Source: Eledone cirrhosa
Taxonomy: Eukaryota
Assembly (NCBI GenBank): GCA_964016885.1
Contig: CAXHJY010001603.1
Span: 62,001-126,000, forward strand
DNA length: 64,000 nt
Reading direction: 5' to 3'
The notes beneath the pieces are model-generated. The model was not told the DNA's origin and did no database searches. It was given only the letters and a program-made list of their open reading frames with translations. Each line of letters starts with the position of its first letter. The first letter of the stretch is position 1. Below, one piece after another: positions 1 through 12,000 of this stretch. The position numbers were made by a program, and so were the translations under genes.

Positions 1-3000
1 GGGGGTCCGTTTTTTATTTGGGTGCCCCGTTTTTTATTTGCGTGCCCCGTTTTTTTATGGGGGGTCCATTTTTTATTTGGGTGCCCCGTTTTTTTATGGG
101 GGGGTCCGTTTTTTATTAGGGTGCCCCGTTTTTTATGGGGGGGTCCGTTTTTTATTTAGGTGCCCCGTTTTTTATGGGAGGGTCCGTTTCTTATTTGGGT
201 GCCTCGTTTTTTTATGGGGGCGCGTTTATTATTTGGGTGCCCCGTTTTTATTTGGGTGTCCCGTTATCTTTATGGGGGTCCGTTTTTTATTTGGGTGCCC
301 CGTTTTTTATGGGGGGTCCGTTTTTTATTTGGGTGCCCCGTTTTTTATTTGGGTTCCCCGTTTTCTATTTGGGTGTCCCGTTTTTTTATGGGGGAGGGTC
401 CGTTTTTTATTTGGATGTCCCGTTTTTTATGGTGGGGGGTCCGTTTTTTAATTGGGTGCCCCGTTTTTTTATGCGGCGGTCTGTTTTTTATTTAGATGCC
501 CCGTTTTTTATTTGGGTGACCCGTTTTTTATTTGGGTGCCCCGTTTTTTTTATGGGGTTCCGTTTCTTATTTGGGTGCCCCGTTTTTTATTTGGGTTCCC
601 CGTTTTATTATGGGGGGCACCGTTTTTGTTTGGGTGCTCCTTTTTTTATGGGGTGTGTCTGTTTTTTATTTGTGTGCCCCATTTTTTATTTGGGTGCCCC
701 GTTTTTTTATGGGGTGGTCCGCTTTTTATTTGGGTGTTCCGTTTTTTATGGGGGGTCCGTTTTTTATTTGGATGCCCCGTTTTTTTATGGGGGGTTCCAT
801 TTTTTATTTGGGTGCCCCGTTTTTTATTTGGGTGCCCCGTTTTTTATTTGGGTGCCCCGTTTTTTTATGGGGGGCGCCGTTTTTTATTTGGTTGCCTCGT
901 TTTTTATGGGTGGGTCCGTATTTTATTTAGGTGCCTCGTTTTTATTTGGGTGTCCCGTTTTTTTATGGGGTCCGTTTTTTATTTGGGTGCCCCGTTTCTT
1001 ATTTGGGTGCCCCGTTTTTTATTTGGGTGCCCCATTTTTTTATGGGGGGTGCATTTTTTTATTTGGGTGCCCCGTTTTTTTATGGGGGGGTCCGTTTTTT
1101 ATTAGGGCGCCCCGTTTTTTATGGGGGGGTCCGTTATTTATTTGGGTGCCCCGTTTTTTATAGGGGGGTTCGTTTTTTATTTAGGTGCCCCGTTTTTTAA
1201 TTGGGTGCCCCGTTTTTTTATGGGGTGGTCCGTTTTATATTTGGGTGTACCGTTTTTTTATGGGAGGGTCCGTTTTTTATTTGGATGCGCCGTTTTTTTA
1301 TGGGGGGTTCCGTTATTTATTTGGGTGCCCCTTTTTTTTAATAGGGGGGTCCGTTTTTTATTTAGGTGCCTCGTTTTTTATTTGGGTGCCCCGTTTTTTT
1401 ATTGGGTGGTCCGTTTTTTATTTGGGTGTGCCGTTTTTTAATGGGAGGGTCCGTTTTTTATTTGGATGCCCCGTTTTTTAATGGGGGGTTCCGTTTTTTA
1501 TTTGGGTGCCCCGTTTTTTATTTGGGTGCCCCGTTTTTTTATGGGGGGCGCCGTTTTTTATTTGGGTGCCCCGTTTTTTATGGGTGGGTCCGTATTTTAT
1601 TTAGGTGCCCCGTTTTGATTTGGGTATCCCGTTTTTTTATGGGGGTCCGTTTTTTATTTGGGTTCCCCGTTTTTTATTTGGGTGCCCCGTTTTTTATTTG
1701 GGTGCCCCGTTTTTTTATGGGGGGTCCATTTTTTATTTGGTTTCCCGTTTTTTTATGGGGTGTCCGTTTTTTATTAGGGTGCCCAGTTTTTTATGGGGGG
1801 GGTCCGTTATTTATTTGGGTGCCCCGTTTTTTAATGGGGGGGTCCGTTTTTTATTTAGGTACCCCGTTTTTTTATGGGGGGGTCCGTTTCTTATTTGGGT
1901 GCCTCGTTTTTTTATGGGGGGCGCGTTTATTATTTGGGTGCCCCGTTTTTATTTGTGTGTCCTGTTTTCTTTATGGGGTCCGTTTTTTATTTGGGTGCCC
2001 CGTTTTTTATGGGGGGTCCGTTTTTTATTTGGGTGCCCCGTTTTTCATTTGGGTTCCCCGTATTTTATTTGGGTGCCCCGTTCTTTTATGGAGGAGGGTC
2101 CGTTTTTTATTTGGGTGCCCCGTTTTTTATGGTGGGGGGTCCGTTTTTTAATTGGGTGCCCCGTTTTTTAATGGGGCGGTCCGTTTTTTATTTAGATGCC
2201 CCCTTTCTTATTTGGGTGACCCGTTTTTTATTTGGGTGCCCCGTTTTTTTATGGGGTCCGTTTTTTATTTGGTTGCCCCGTTTTTTATTTGGGTGCCCCG
2301 TTTTTTATTTGGGCGCCCCGTTTTTTTATGGGGGGTCCATTTTTTATTTGGGTGCCGCGTTTTTTTATGGGGGGGTCCGTTTTTTATTAGGGTGCCCCGT
2401 TTTTTATGGGGGGGTCCGATTTTTATTTAGGTGCCACGTTTTTTATTTGGGTGCCCCGTTTTTTTATGGGGTGGTCCGTTTTTTATTTGGGTGTTCCGTT
2501 TTTTTATGGGGGGTCCGTTTTATATTTGAATGCCCGGTTTTTTTATGGGGGGTTCCGTTTTTTATTTGGGTGCCCCTTTTTTATTTAGTTGCCCCGTTTT
2601 TTTATGGGGGGTCCATTTTTTATTTGGGTTCCCGTTTTTTTATGGGGTGTCCGTGTTTTATTAGGGTGCCCGTTTTTTTATGGGGTGGTCGGTTTTTTAT
2701 TTAGGTGCCCCGTTTTTTATGGGGAGGTCCGTTTCTTATTTGGGTGCCTCGTTTTTTTCATGGGGGGCGCGTTTATTATCTGGGTGCCCCGTTTTTTATT
2801 TGGGTGCCCCGTTTTTTTATGGGGGGTCCGTTTTTTATTTGGGTGCCCCGTTTTTTATTTGGGTCCCCCGTTTTTTATTTGGGTGCCCCGTTTTTTATGG
2901 GGGAGGGTCCGTTTTTTATTTGGGTGCCCTGTTTTTTATGGTGGGGGGGTCCGTTTTTTAATTGGGTGCCCCGTTTTTTAATGGGGCGGTCCGTTTTTTA

Positions 3001-6000
3001 TTTAGATGCCCCCTTTTTTATTTGGGTGACCCGTTTTTTTATGGGGGTCCGTTTTTTATTTGGGTGCCCCGTTTTTTATTTGGGTGCCCCGTTTTTTATT
3101 TGGGCGCCCCGTTTTTTTATGGGGGGTCCATTTTTTATTTGGGTGCCCCGTTTTTTTATGGGGGGGGGTCCGTTTTTTTATTAGGGTGCCCCGTTTTTTA
3201 ATGGGGCGGTCCGTTTTTTATTTAGATGCCCCCTTTTTTATTTGGGTGACCCGTTTTTTTATGGGGGTCCGTTTTTTATTTGGGTGCCCCGTTTTTTATT
3301 TGGGCGCCCCGTTTTTTTATGGGGGGTCCATTTTTTATTTGGGTGCCCCGTTTTTTTATGGGGGGGGGGTCCGTTTTTTTATTAGGGTGCCCCGTTTTTT
3401 TATGGGGGGTCCGTTTTTTATTTAGGTGCCACGTTTTTTATTTGGGTGCCCCGTTTTTTTATGGGGTGGTCCGTTTTTTATTTGGGTGTTCCGTTTTTTT
3501 ATGGGGGGTCCGTTTTATATTTGGATGCCCCGTTTTTTTATGGGGGGTTCCGTTTTTTATTTGGGTGCCCGGTTTTTTATTTGGGTGCCCCGTTTTTTTA
3601 TGGGGGCGCCGTTTTTTATTTAGGTGCCCCGTTTTTATTTGGGTGTCTCGTTTTGTTATGGGGGTCCGTTTTTTATTTGGGTGCCCCGTTTTTTATTTGG
3701 GTGCCCCGTTTTTTATTTGGGAGCCCCGTTTTTTTATGGGGGGTCCATTTTTTATTTGGGTGCCCCGTTTTTTATTTGAGTGCCCCGTTTTTTATTAGGG
3801 TGCCCCGTTTTTTATGGGGGGGTCCGTTATTTATTTGGGTGCCCCGTTTTTTTATGTTTTGGTCCGTTTTTTTATTTAGGTGCCCCGTTTTTTATGGGGG
3901 GGTTCGTTTCTTATTTGGGTGCTTCGTTTTTTTATGGGGGGCGCGTTTATTATTTGGGTGCCCCGTTCTTTATGGGGGGTCCGTATTTTATTTGGGTGCC
4001 CCGTTTTTATTTGGGTGCCCCGTTTTTATTTGGGTGTCCCGTTTTCTTCATGGGGGTCCGTTTTTTATTTGGGTGCCCCGTTTTTTATTTGGGTGCCCCG
4101 TTTTTTATGTGGGTGCCCCGTTTTTTTATGGGGGGTCCGTTTTTTATTTGGGTGCCCCGTTTTTTTATGGGGGGTCCGTTTTTTACTTGGGTGCCCTGTT
4201 TTTTATTTGGGCTCCCCTTTTTTTATTTGGGTGCCCCGTTTTTCATGGTGGGGGGTCCGTTTTTTAATTGGGTGCCCCGTTTTTTTATGGGGCGGTCCGT
4301 TTTTTATTTAGAAGCCCCGTTTTTTATTTGGGTGACCCGTTTTTTATTTGGGTGCCCCGTTTTTTTATGGGGGTGCCGTTTTTATTTGGGTGCCCCGTTT
4401 TTTATTTGGGTTCCCCGTTTTATTATAGGGGCACCGTTTTTATTTGGGTGCCCCTTTTTTTATGGGGTGTGACCGTTTTTTATTTGGGTGCCCCGTTTTT
4501 TATGGGGGGTCTGTTTTTTATTTGGGTGCCCCGTTTTTATTTGGCTGCCCCGTTTTTTTCTGGGGGGTCCGTTTTTTATTTGGGTGCCCCGTTTTTTTAT
4601 GGGGTGGTCCGTTTTTTATTTGGGTGTCCCGTTTTTTTATGGGGGTTCCGTTTTTTATTTGGTTGCCCCGTTTTTTTATGGGGGTCCGTTTTTTATTTGG
4701 GTGCCCCGTTTTTTATTTGGGCGCCCCGTTTTTTTATGGGGAGTCCATTTTTTATTTGGGTGCCGCGTTTTTTTTATGGGGGGGTCCGATTTTTATTAGG
4801 GTGCCCCGTTTTTTATGGGGGAGTTCGTTTTTTATTTAGGTGCCACGTTTTTTATTTGGGTGCCCCGTTTTTTTATTGGGGGTCCGTTTTATATTTGAAT
4901 GCCCCGTTTTTTTATGGGGGGTTCCGTTTCTTATTTGGGTGCCCCTTTTTTATTTGGGTGCCCCGTTTTTTTATGGGGGGTCCATTTTTTATTTGGGTTC
5001 CCGTTTTTTTATGGGGTGTCCGTGTTTTATTAGGGTGCCCCGTTTTTTATGGGGGGGTCAGTTATTTATTTGGGTGCCCCGTTTTTTTATGGGGTGGTCC
5101 GTTTTTTATTTAGGTGCCCCGTTTTTTATGGGGGGGTCCGTTTCTTATTTGGGTGCCTCGTTTTTTTTATGGGGGGCGCGTTTATTATCTGGGTGCCCCG
5201 TTTTTATTTGGGTGTACCGTTTTCTTTATGGGGTCCGTTTTTTATTTGGGTGCCCCGTTTTTTATTTGGGTGCCCCGTTTTTTTCTGGGGGGTCCGTTTT
5301 TTATTTGGGTGCCCCGTTTTTTATTTGGGTTCCCCGTTTTTTATTTGGGTTCCCCGTTTTTTTATGGGGGAGGGTCCGTTTTTTATTTGGGTGCCCCGTT
5401 TTTTATGGTGGGGTGTCCTTTCTTTATTTGGGCGCCCCGTTTTTTATTTGGGGGCCCCGTTTTTTTATGGGGGGCGCCGTTTTTTATTTAGGTGCCCCGT
5501 TTTTATTTGGGTGTCTCGTTTTGTTATGGGGGAGGGTCCGTTTTTTATTTGGGTGCCCCGTATTTTTATGGGGGAGGGTCCGTTTTTTATTTGGGTGCCC
5601 CGTTTTTTTATGGGGGGGTTACGTTTTTTATTTGGGTGCCCCGTTTTTTATTTGGGTGCCCCGTTTTTTTATGGGGGGCGCCGTTTTTTATTTGGTTGCC
5701 TCGTTTTTTATGGGTGGGTCCGTATTTTATTTAGGTGCCCCGTTTTTATTTGGGTGTCCCGTTTTTTTATGGGGTCCGTTTTTTATTTGGGTGCCCCGTT
5801 TTTTATTTGGGTGCCCCGATTTTTTATGGGGGGTGCATTTTTTATTTGGGTGCCCCGTTTTTTTATGGGGGGTCCGTTTTTTATTATGGTGCTCCGTTTT
5901 TTATGGGGGGGTCCGTTATTTATTTGGGTGCCCCGTTTTTTATTTGGGTGCCCCGATTTTTTATGGGGGGTGCATTTTTTATTTGGGTGCCCCGTATTTT

Positions 6001-9000
6001 ATTTGGGTGCCCCGTTTTTATTTGGGTGTCCCGTTTTTTATGGGGTCCGTTATTTATTTGGGTGCCCCGTTTTTTTATAGGGGGGTCCGTTTTTTATTTA
6101 GGTGCCCCGTTTTTTATTTGGGTGCCCCGTTTCTTTATGGGGTGGTCCGTTTTTTATTTGAGTGTTCCGTTTTTTTATGGGAGGGTCCGTTTTTTATTTG
6201 GATGCCCCGTTTTTTTATGGGGGGGTTCCGTTATTTATTTGGGTGCCCCGTTTTTTTTATAGGGGGGTCCGTTTTTTATTTAGGTGCCCCGTTCTTTATT
6301 TGGGTGCCCCGTTTTTTTATGGGGTGGTCCGATTTTTATTTGGGTGTACCGTTTTTTTATGGAAGGGTCCGTTTTTTATTTGGATGCCCCGTTTTTTTAT
6401 GGGGGGTTCCGTTTTTTATTTGGGTGCCCCGTTTTTTATTTGGGTGCCCCGTTTTTTTATGGGGGCGCCGTTTTTTATTTGGGTGCCTCGTTTTTTATGG
6501 GTGGGTCTGTATTTTATTTAGGTGCCCCGTTTTTATTTGGGTATCCCGTTCTTTTATGGGGGTCCGTTTTTTATTTGGGTGCCCCGTTTTTTATTTGGGT
6601 GCCCCGTTTTTTATTTGGGTGCCCCGTTTTTTTATGGGGGTCCATTTTTTATTTGGGTTCCCGTTTTTTTATGGGGTGTCCGTTTTTTATTAGGGTGCCC
6701 CGTTTTTTATTTGGGAGCCCCGTTTTTTTATGGGGGTCCATTTTTTATTTGGGTGCCCCGTTTTTTATTTGGGTGCCCCGTTTTTTATTAGGGTGCCCCG
6801 CTTTTTATGGGGGGGGTCCGTTATTTATTTGGGTGCCCCGTTTTTTATGGGGGGGTCCGTATTTTATTTGGGTGACCCGTTTTTATTTGGGTGTCCCGTT
6901 TTCTTTATGGGGGTCCGTTTTTTATTTGGGTGCCCCGTTTTTTATTTGGGTGCCCCGTTTTTTATGTGGGTGTACCGTTTTCTTTATGGGGTCCTTTTTT
7001 TATTTGGGTGCCCCGTTTTTTATTTGGGTGCCCCGTTTTTTTATGGGGGGTCCGTTTTTTATTTGGGTGTCCCGTTTTTTTATGGGGGAGGGTTCGTTTT
7101 TTATTTGGGTGCCCCGTTTCTATGGTGGGGGGTCCGTTTTTTAATTGGGTGCCCCGTTTTTTAATGGGGCGGTCCGTTTTTTATTTAGATGCCCCCTTTT
7201 TTATTTGGGTGACCCGTTTTTTATTTGGGTGCCCCGTTTTTTTATGGGGGTCCGTTTTTTATTTGGGTGCCCCGTTCTTTATTTGGGTGCCCCGTTTTTT
7301 ATTTGGGCGCCCCGTTTTTTTATGGGGGTCCATTTTTTATTTGGGTGCCCCGTTTTTTTATGGGGGGGTCCGTTTTTGATTAGGGTGCCCCGTTTTTTTA
7401 TGGGGGGGGGGTCCGTTTTTTATTTAGGTGCCACGTTTTTTATTTGGGTGCCCCGTTTTTTTATGGGGTGGTCCGTTTTTTATTTGGGTGTTCGGTTTTT
7501 TTATGGGGGGTCCGTTTTATATTTGGATGCCCCGTTTTTTTATGGAGGGTTCCGTTTTTTATTTGGGTGCCCCGTTTTTTATTTGCGTGCCCCGTTTTTT
7601 TATGGGGGGCGCCGTTTTTTATTTAGGTGCCCCGTTTTTATTTGGGTGTCTCGTTTTTTTATGGGGGTCCGTTTTTTATTTGGGTGCCCCGTTTTTTATT
7701 TGGTTGCCCCGTTTTTTTTTTGGGAGCCCCGTTTTTTTATGGGGGGTCCATTTTTTATTTGGGTGCCCCGTTTTTTATTTGGGTGCCCCATTTTTTATTA
7801 GGGTGCCCCGTTTTTTATGGGGGGGGTCCGTTTTTTATTAGGGTGCCCCGTTTTTTTATGGGGGGGGGTCCGTTTTTTTATTTAGGTGCCCCGTTTTTTA
7901 TGGGGGGGTCCGTTTCTTATTTAGGTGCCCCGTTTTTTATTTGGGTGCCCCGTTATTTATTTGCGTGCCCCGTTTTTTTATGGGGGGCGCCGTTTTTTAT
8001 TTGGGTGTCCCGTTTTTTATTTGGGCGCCCCGTTTTTTTATGGGGTGTCCATTTTTTATTTGGGTGCCCCGTTTTTTTATGGGGGGGTCCGTTTTTTATT
8101 AGGGTGCCCCGTTTTTTTATGGGGGGGTCCGTTTTTTATTTAGGTGCCACGTTTTTTATTTGGGTGCCCCGTTTTTTATTTGGGTGTCCCGTTTTTTATT
8201 TGGGCGCCCCGTTTTTTTATGGGGTGTCCATTTTTTATTTGGGTGCCCCGTTTTTTATGGGGGGGTCCGTTTTTTATTAGGGTGCCCCGTTTTTTTATGG
8301 GGGGGGTCCGTTTTTTATTTAGGTGCCACGTTTTTTATTTGGGTGCCCCGTTTTTTTATGGGGGGCGCCGTTTTTTATTTAGGTGCCCCGTTTTTATTTG
8401 GGTGTCTCGTTTTTTTATGGGGGTCCGTTTTTTATTTGGGTGCCCCGTTTTTTATTTGGTTGCCCCGTTTTTTTTTTGGGAGCCCCGTTTTTTTATGGGG
8501 GGTCCATTTTTTATTTGGGTGCCCCGTTTTTTATTTGGGTGCCCCGTTTTTTATTAGGGTGCCCCGTTTTTTATGGGGGGGTCCGTTATTTATTTGGGTG
8601 CCCCGTTTTTTTATGTTTTGGTCCGTTTTTTTATTTAGGTGCCCCGTTTTTTATGGGGGGGTCCGTTTCTTATTTGGGTGCTTCGTTTTTTTTATGGGGG
8701 GCGCGTTTATTATTTGGGTGCCCCGTTTTTTATTTGGGTTTCCCGTTTTCTTTATGGGGGTCCGTTTTTTATTTGGGTGCCCCGTTTTTTATTTGGGTGC
8801 CCCGTTTTTTATGTGGGTGCCCCGTTTTTTTATGGGGGGTCCGTATTTTATTTGGGTGCCCCGTTTTTTTATGGGGGTCCGTTTTTTACTTAGGTGCCCT
8901 GTTTTTTATTTGGACTCCCCTTCTTTATTTGGGTGCCCCGTTTTTTATGGGGGGGTCCGTTATTTATTTGGGTGCCCCGTTTTTTTATGTTTTGGTCCGT

Positions 9001-12000
9001 TTTTTTATTTAGGTGCCCCGTTTTTTATGGGGGGGTCCGTTTCCTATTTGGGTGCTTCGTTTTTTTTATGGGGGGCGCGTTTATTATTTGGGTGCCCCGT
9101 TTTTTATGGGGGGGTCCGTATTTTATTTGGGTGCCTCGTTTTTATTTGGGTTTCCCGTTTTCTTTATGGGGGTCCGTTTATTATTTGGGTGCCCCGTTTT
9201 TTATTTGGGTGCCCCGTTTTTTATGTGGGTGCCCCGTTTTTTTATGGGGAGTCCGTATTTTATTTGGGTGCCCCGTTTTTTTATGGGGGTCCGTTTTTTA
9301 CTTAGGTGCCCTGTTTTTTATTTGGACTCCCCTTCTTTATTTGGGTGCCCCGTTTTTTTATGGTGGAGGGTCCGTTTTTTATTTGGGTGTCCCGTTTTGT
9401 ATGGTGGGGGGTCCGTTGTTTAATTGGGTGCCCTGTTTTTTTATGGGGCGCTCCGTTTTTTATTTAGAAGCCCCGTTTTTTATTGGGGTGACCCGTTTTT
9501 TATTTGGGTGCCCCGTTTTTTTATGGGGGTGCCGTTTTTTATTTGGGTGCCCCGTTTTTTCATTTGGGTTCCCCGTTTTATTATGGGGGGCACCGTTTTT
9601 ATTTGGGTGCCCCTTTTTTTATGGAGTTTGTCCGTTTTTTATTTGGGTGCCCCGTTTTTTATGGGGGTCTGTTTTTTATTTGGGTGCCCCGTTTTTATTT
9701 GGCTGCCCCGTTTTTTTATGGGGGGTCCGTTTTTTATTTGGGTGCCCCGTTTTTTTATGGGGTGGTCCGGTTTTTTATTTGGGTGCCCCGTTTTTTTATG
9801 GGGTGGTCCGTTTTTTATTTGGGTGTTCTGTTTTTTTATGTGGTGCCCCGTTTTTTATTTGGGGGCCCCGTTTTTTATGGGGGGGTCCGTTTTTTATTTG
9901 TGTGCCTCGTTTTTTTAAGGGGGGCGCCGTTTATTATTTGGGTGCCTCGTTTTTTATGGGTGGGTCCGTATTTTATTTGGGTGCCCCGTTTTTATTTGGT
10001 TGTCCTCTTTTTTTTATGGGGGTCCGTTTTTTATTTGCGTGCCCTGTTTTTTATTTGGGCTCCCCTTTTTTTATTTGGGTGCCCCGTTTTTTTATGGGGG
10101 AGGGTCCGTTTTTTATTTGGGTGTCCCGTTTTTTATGGTGGGGGGTCCGTTTTTTAATTGGGTGCTCGGTTTTTTTATGGGGCGGTCCGTTTTTTATTTA
10201 GAAGCCCCGTTTTTTATTTGGGTGACCCGTTTTCTATTTGGGTGCCCCGTTTTTTTATGGGGGTGCCGTTTTTTATTTGGGTGCCCCGTTTTTTATTTGG
10301 GTTCCCCGTTTTATTATGGGGGGCACCGTTTTTATTTGGGTGCCCCTTTTTTTATGGGGTTTGTCCGTTTTTTATTTGGGTGCCCCATTTTTTATGGGGG
10401 GTCTGTTTTTTATTTGGGTGCCCCGTTTTTATTTGGCTGCCCCGTTTTTTTATGGGGGGTCCGTTTTTTATTTGGGTGCCCCTTTTTTTTTATGGGGTGG
10501 TCCGTTTTTTATTTGGGTGTCCCGTTTTTTATGGGGGTTCCGTTTTTTATTTGGGTGCCCCGTTTATTTTATGGGGGCGCTATTTTTTATTTGGGTGCCC
10601 CTTTTTTTATTTGGGTGCCCCGTTCTTTATTTGGGGGCCCCTTTTTTATGGGGGGGTCCATTTCTATTTGGGTACCCCGTTTTTAATTTGGGGGCCCCGT
10701 TATTTTATGGGGTGGTCCGGTTTTTTATTTGGGTGCCCCTTTTTTTTATTTTGGTGCCCCGTTTTTTATGGGCGTGTCCATTTTTATTTGGGTGCCCCGT
10801 TCTTTATTTGGGGGCCCCGTTTTTTTATGGGGGCCCGTTTTTTTATGGAGGTCTCCCTTTTCATTTGGGTGCCCCGTTTTTTATTTGGGGGCCCCGTTTT
10901 TTTATGTGGTGGTCCGGTCTTTTATTTGGGTGCCCCGTTTTTTTATGGGGGGTCCGTTTTTTATTTGGGTGCCCCGTTCTTTATGGGGGGGTCCGTTTTT
11001 TATTTGGGTGCCCCGTTTTTTATGGGGGTCCGTTTTTTATTTGGGTGCCCCGTTTTTTATGGTGTGGTCCGTTCTTTATTTGGGTGTTTCGTTTTTTTAT
11101 GGGGTGCCCCGTTTATTATTTGGGTGCCTCGTTTTTTATGGGTGGGTCCGTATTTTATTTGGGTGCCCAGTTTTTATTTGGTTGTCCTCTTTTTTATGGG
11201 GGTCCGTTTTTTATTTGGGTGCCCCGTTTTTAATTGGGTTCCACGTTTTATTATGGGGGGCAGCGTTTTTATTTGGGTGCCCCTTTTTTTATGGGGTGTG
11301 TCCGTTTTTTATTTGGGTGCCCCGTTTTTATTTGGCTGCCCCGTTTTTTTATGGGGGGTCCGTTTTTTATTTGGGTGCCCCGTTTTTTTATGGGGTGGTC
11401 CGTGTTTTATTTGGGTGTACCGTTTTTTTATGGGGGGTCCGTTTTTTTATTTGGGTGCCCCGTTTTTTATGGGGGTTCCGCTTTTTATTTGGGTGCCCGT
11501 TTTTTTATGGGGGCGCTGTTTTTATTTGGGTGCCCCTTTTTTTATTTTGGTGCCCCGTTTTTTATGGGGGTGTCCATTTTTATTTGGGTGCCCCGCTCTT
11601 TATTTGGGGTCCCCGTTTTTTTATGGGGGTGTCCGTTCTTTTATGGGGGTGTCCATTTTTATTTGGGTGCCCCGTTCTTTATGGGGGGGACCGTTTTTTA
11701 TTTGGGTGCCCCGTTTTTTTATGGGGGGTCCGTTTTTTATTTGGGTGACCCGTTTTTTTATGGGGTGGTCCGTTTTTTATTTGGGTGTCCCGATTTTTAT
11801 GGGGGGTCCGTTTTTAATTTGGGTGCCCCGTTTTTTCATGGGGGTTCCGCTTTCTATTTGGGTGCCCGTTTTTTTTATGGGGGCGCTGTTTTTATTTGGG
11901 TGCCCCTTTTTTATTTTGGTGCCCCGTTTTTTTATGGGGGTGTCCATTTTTATTTGGGTGCTCCGTTTTTTATTTGGGGGCCCCGTTTTTTTATGGGGTG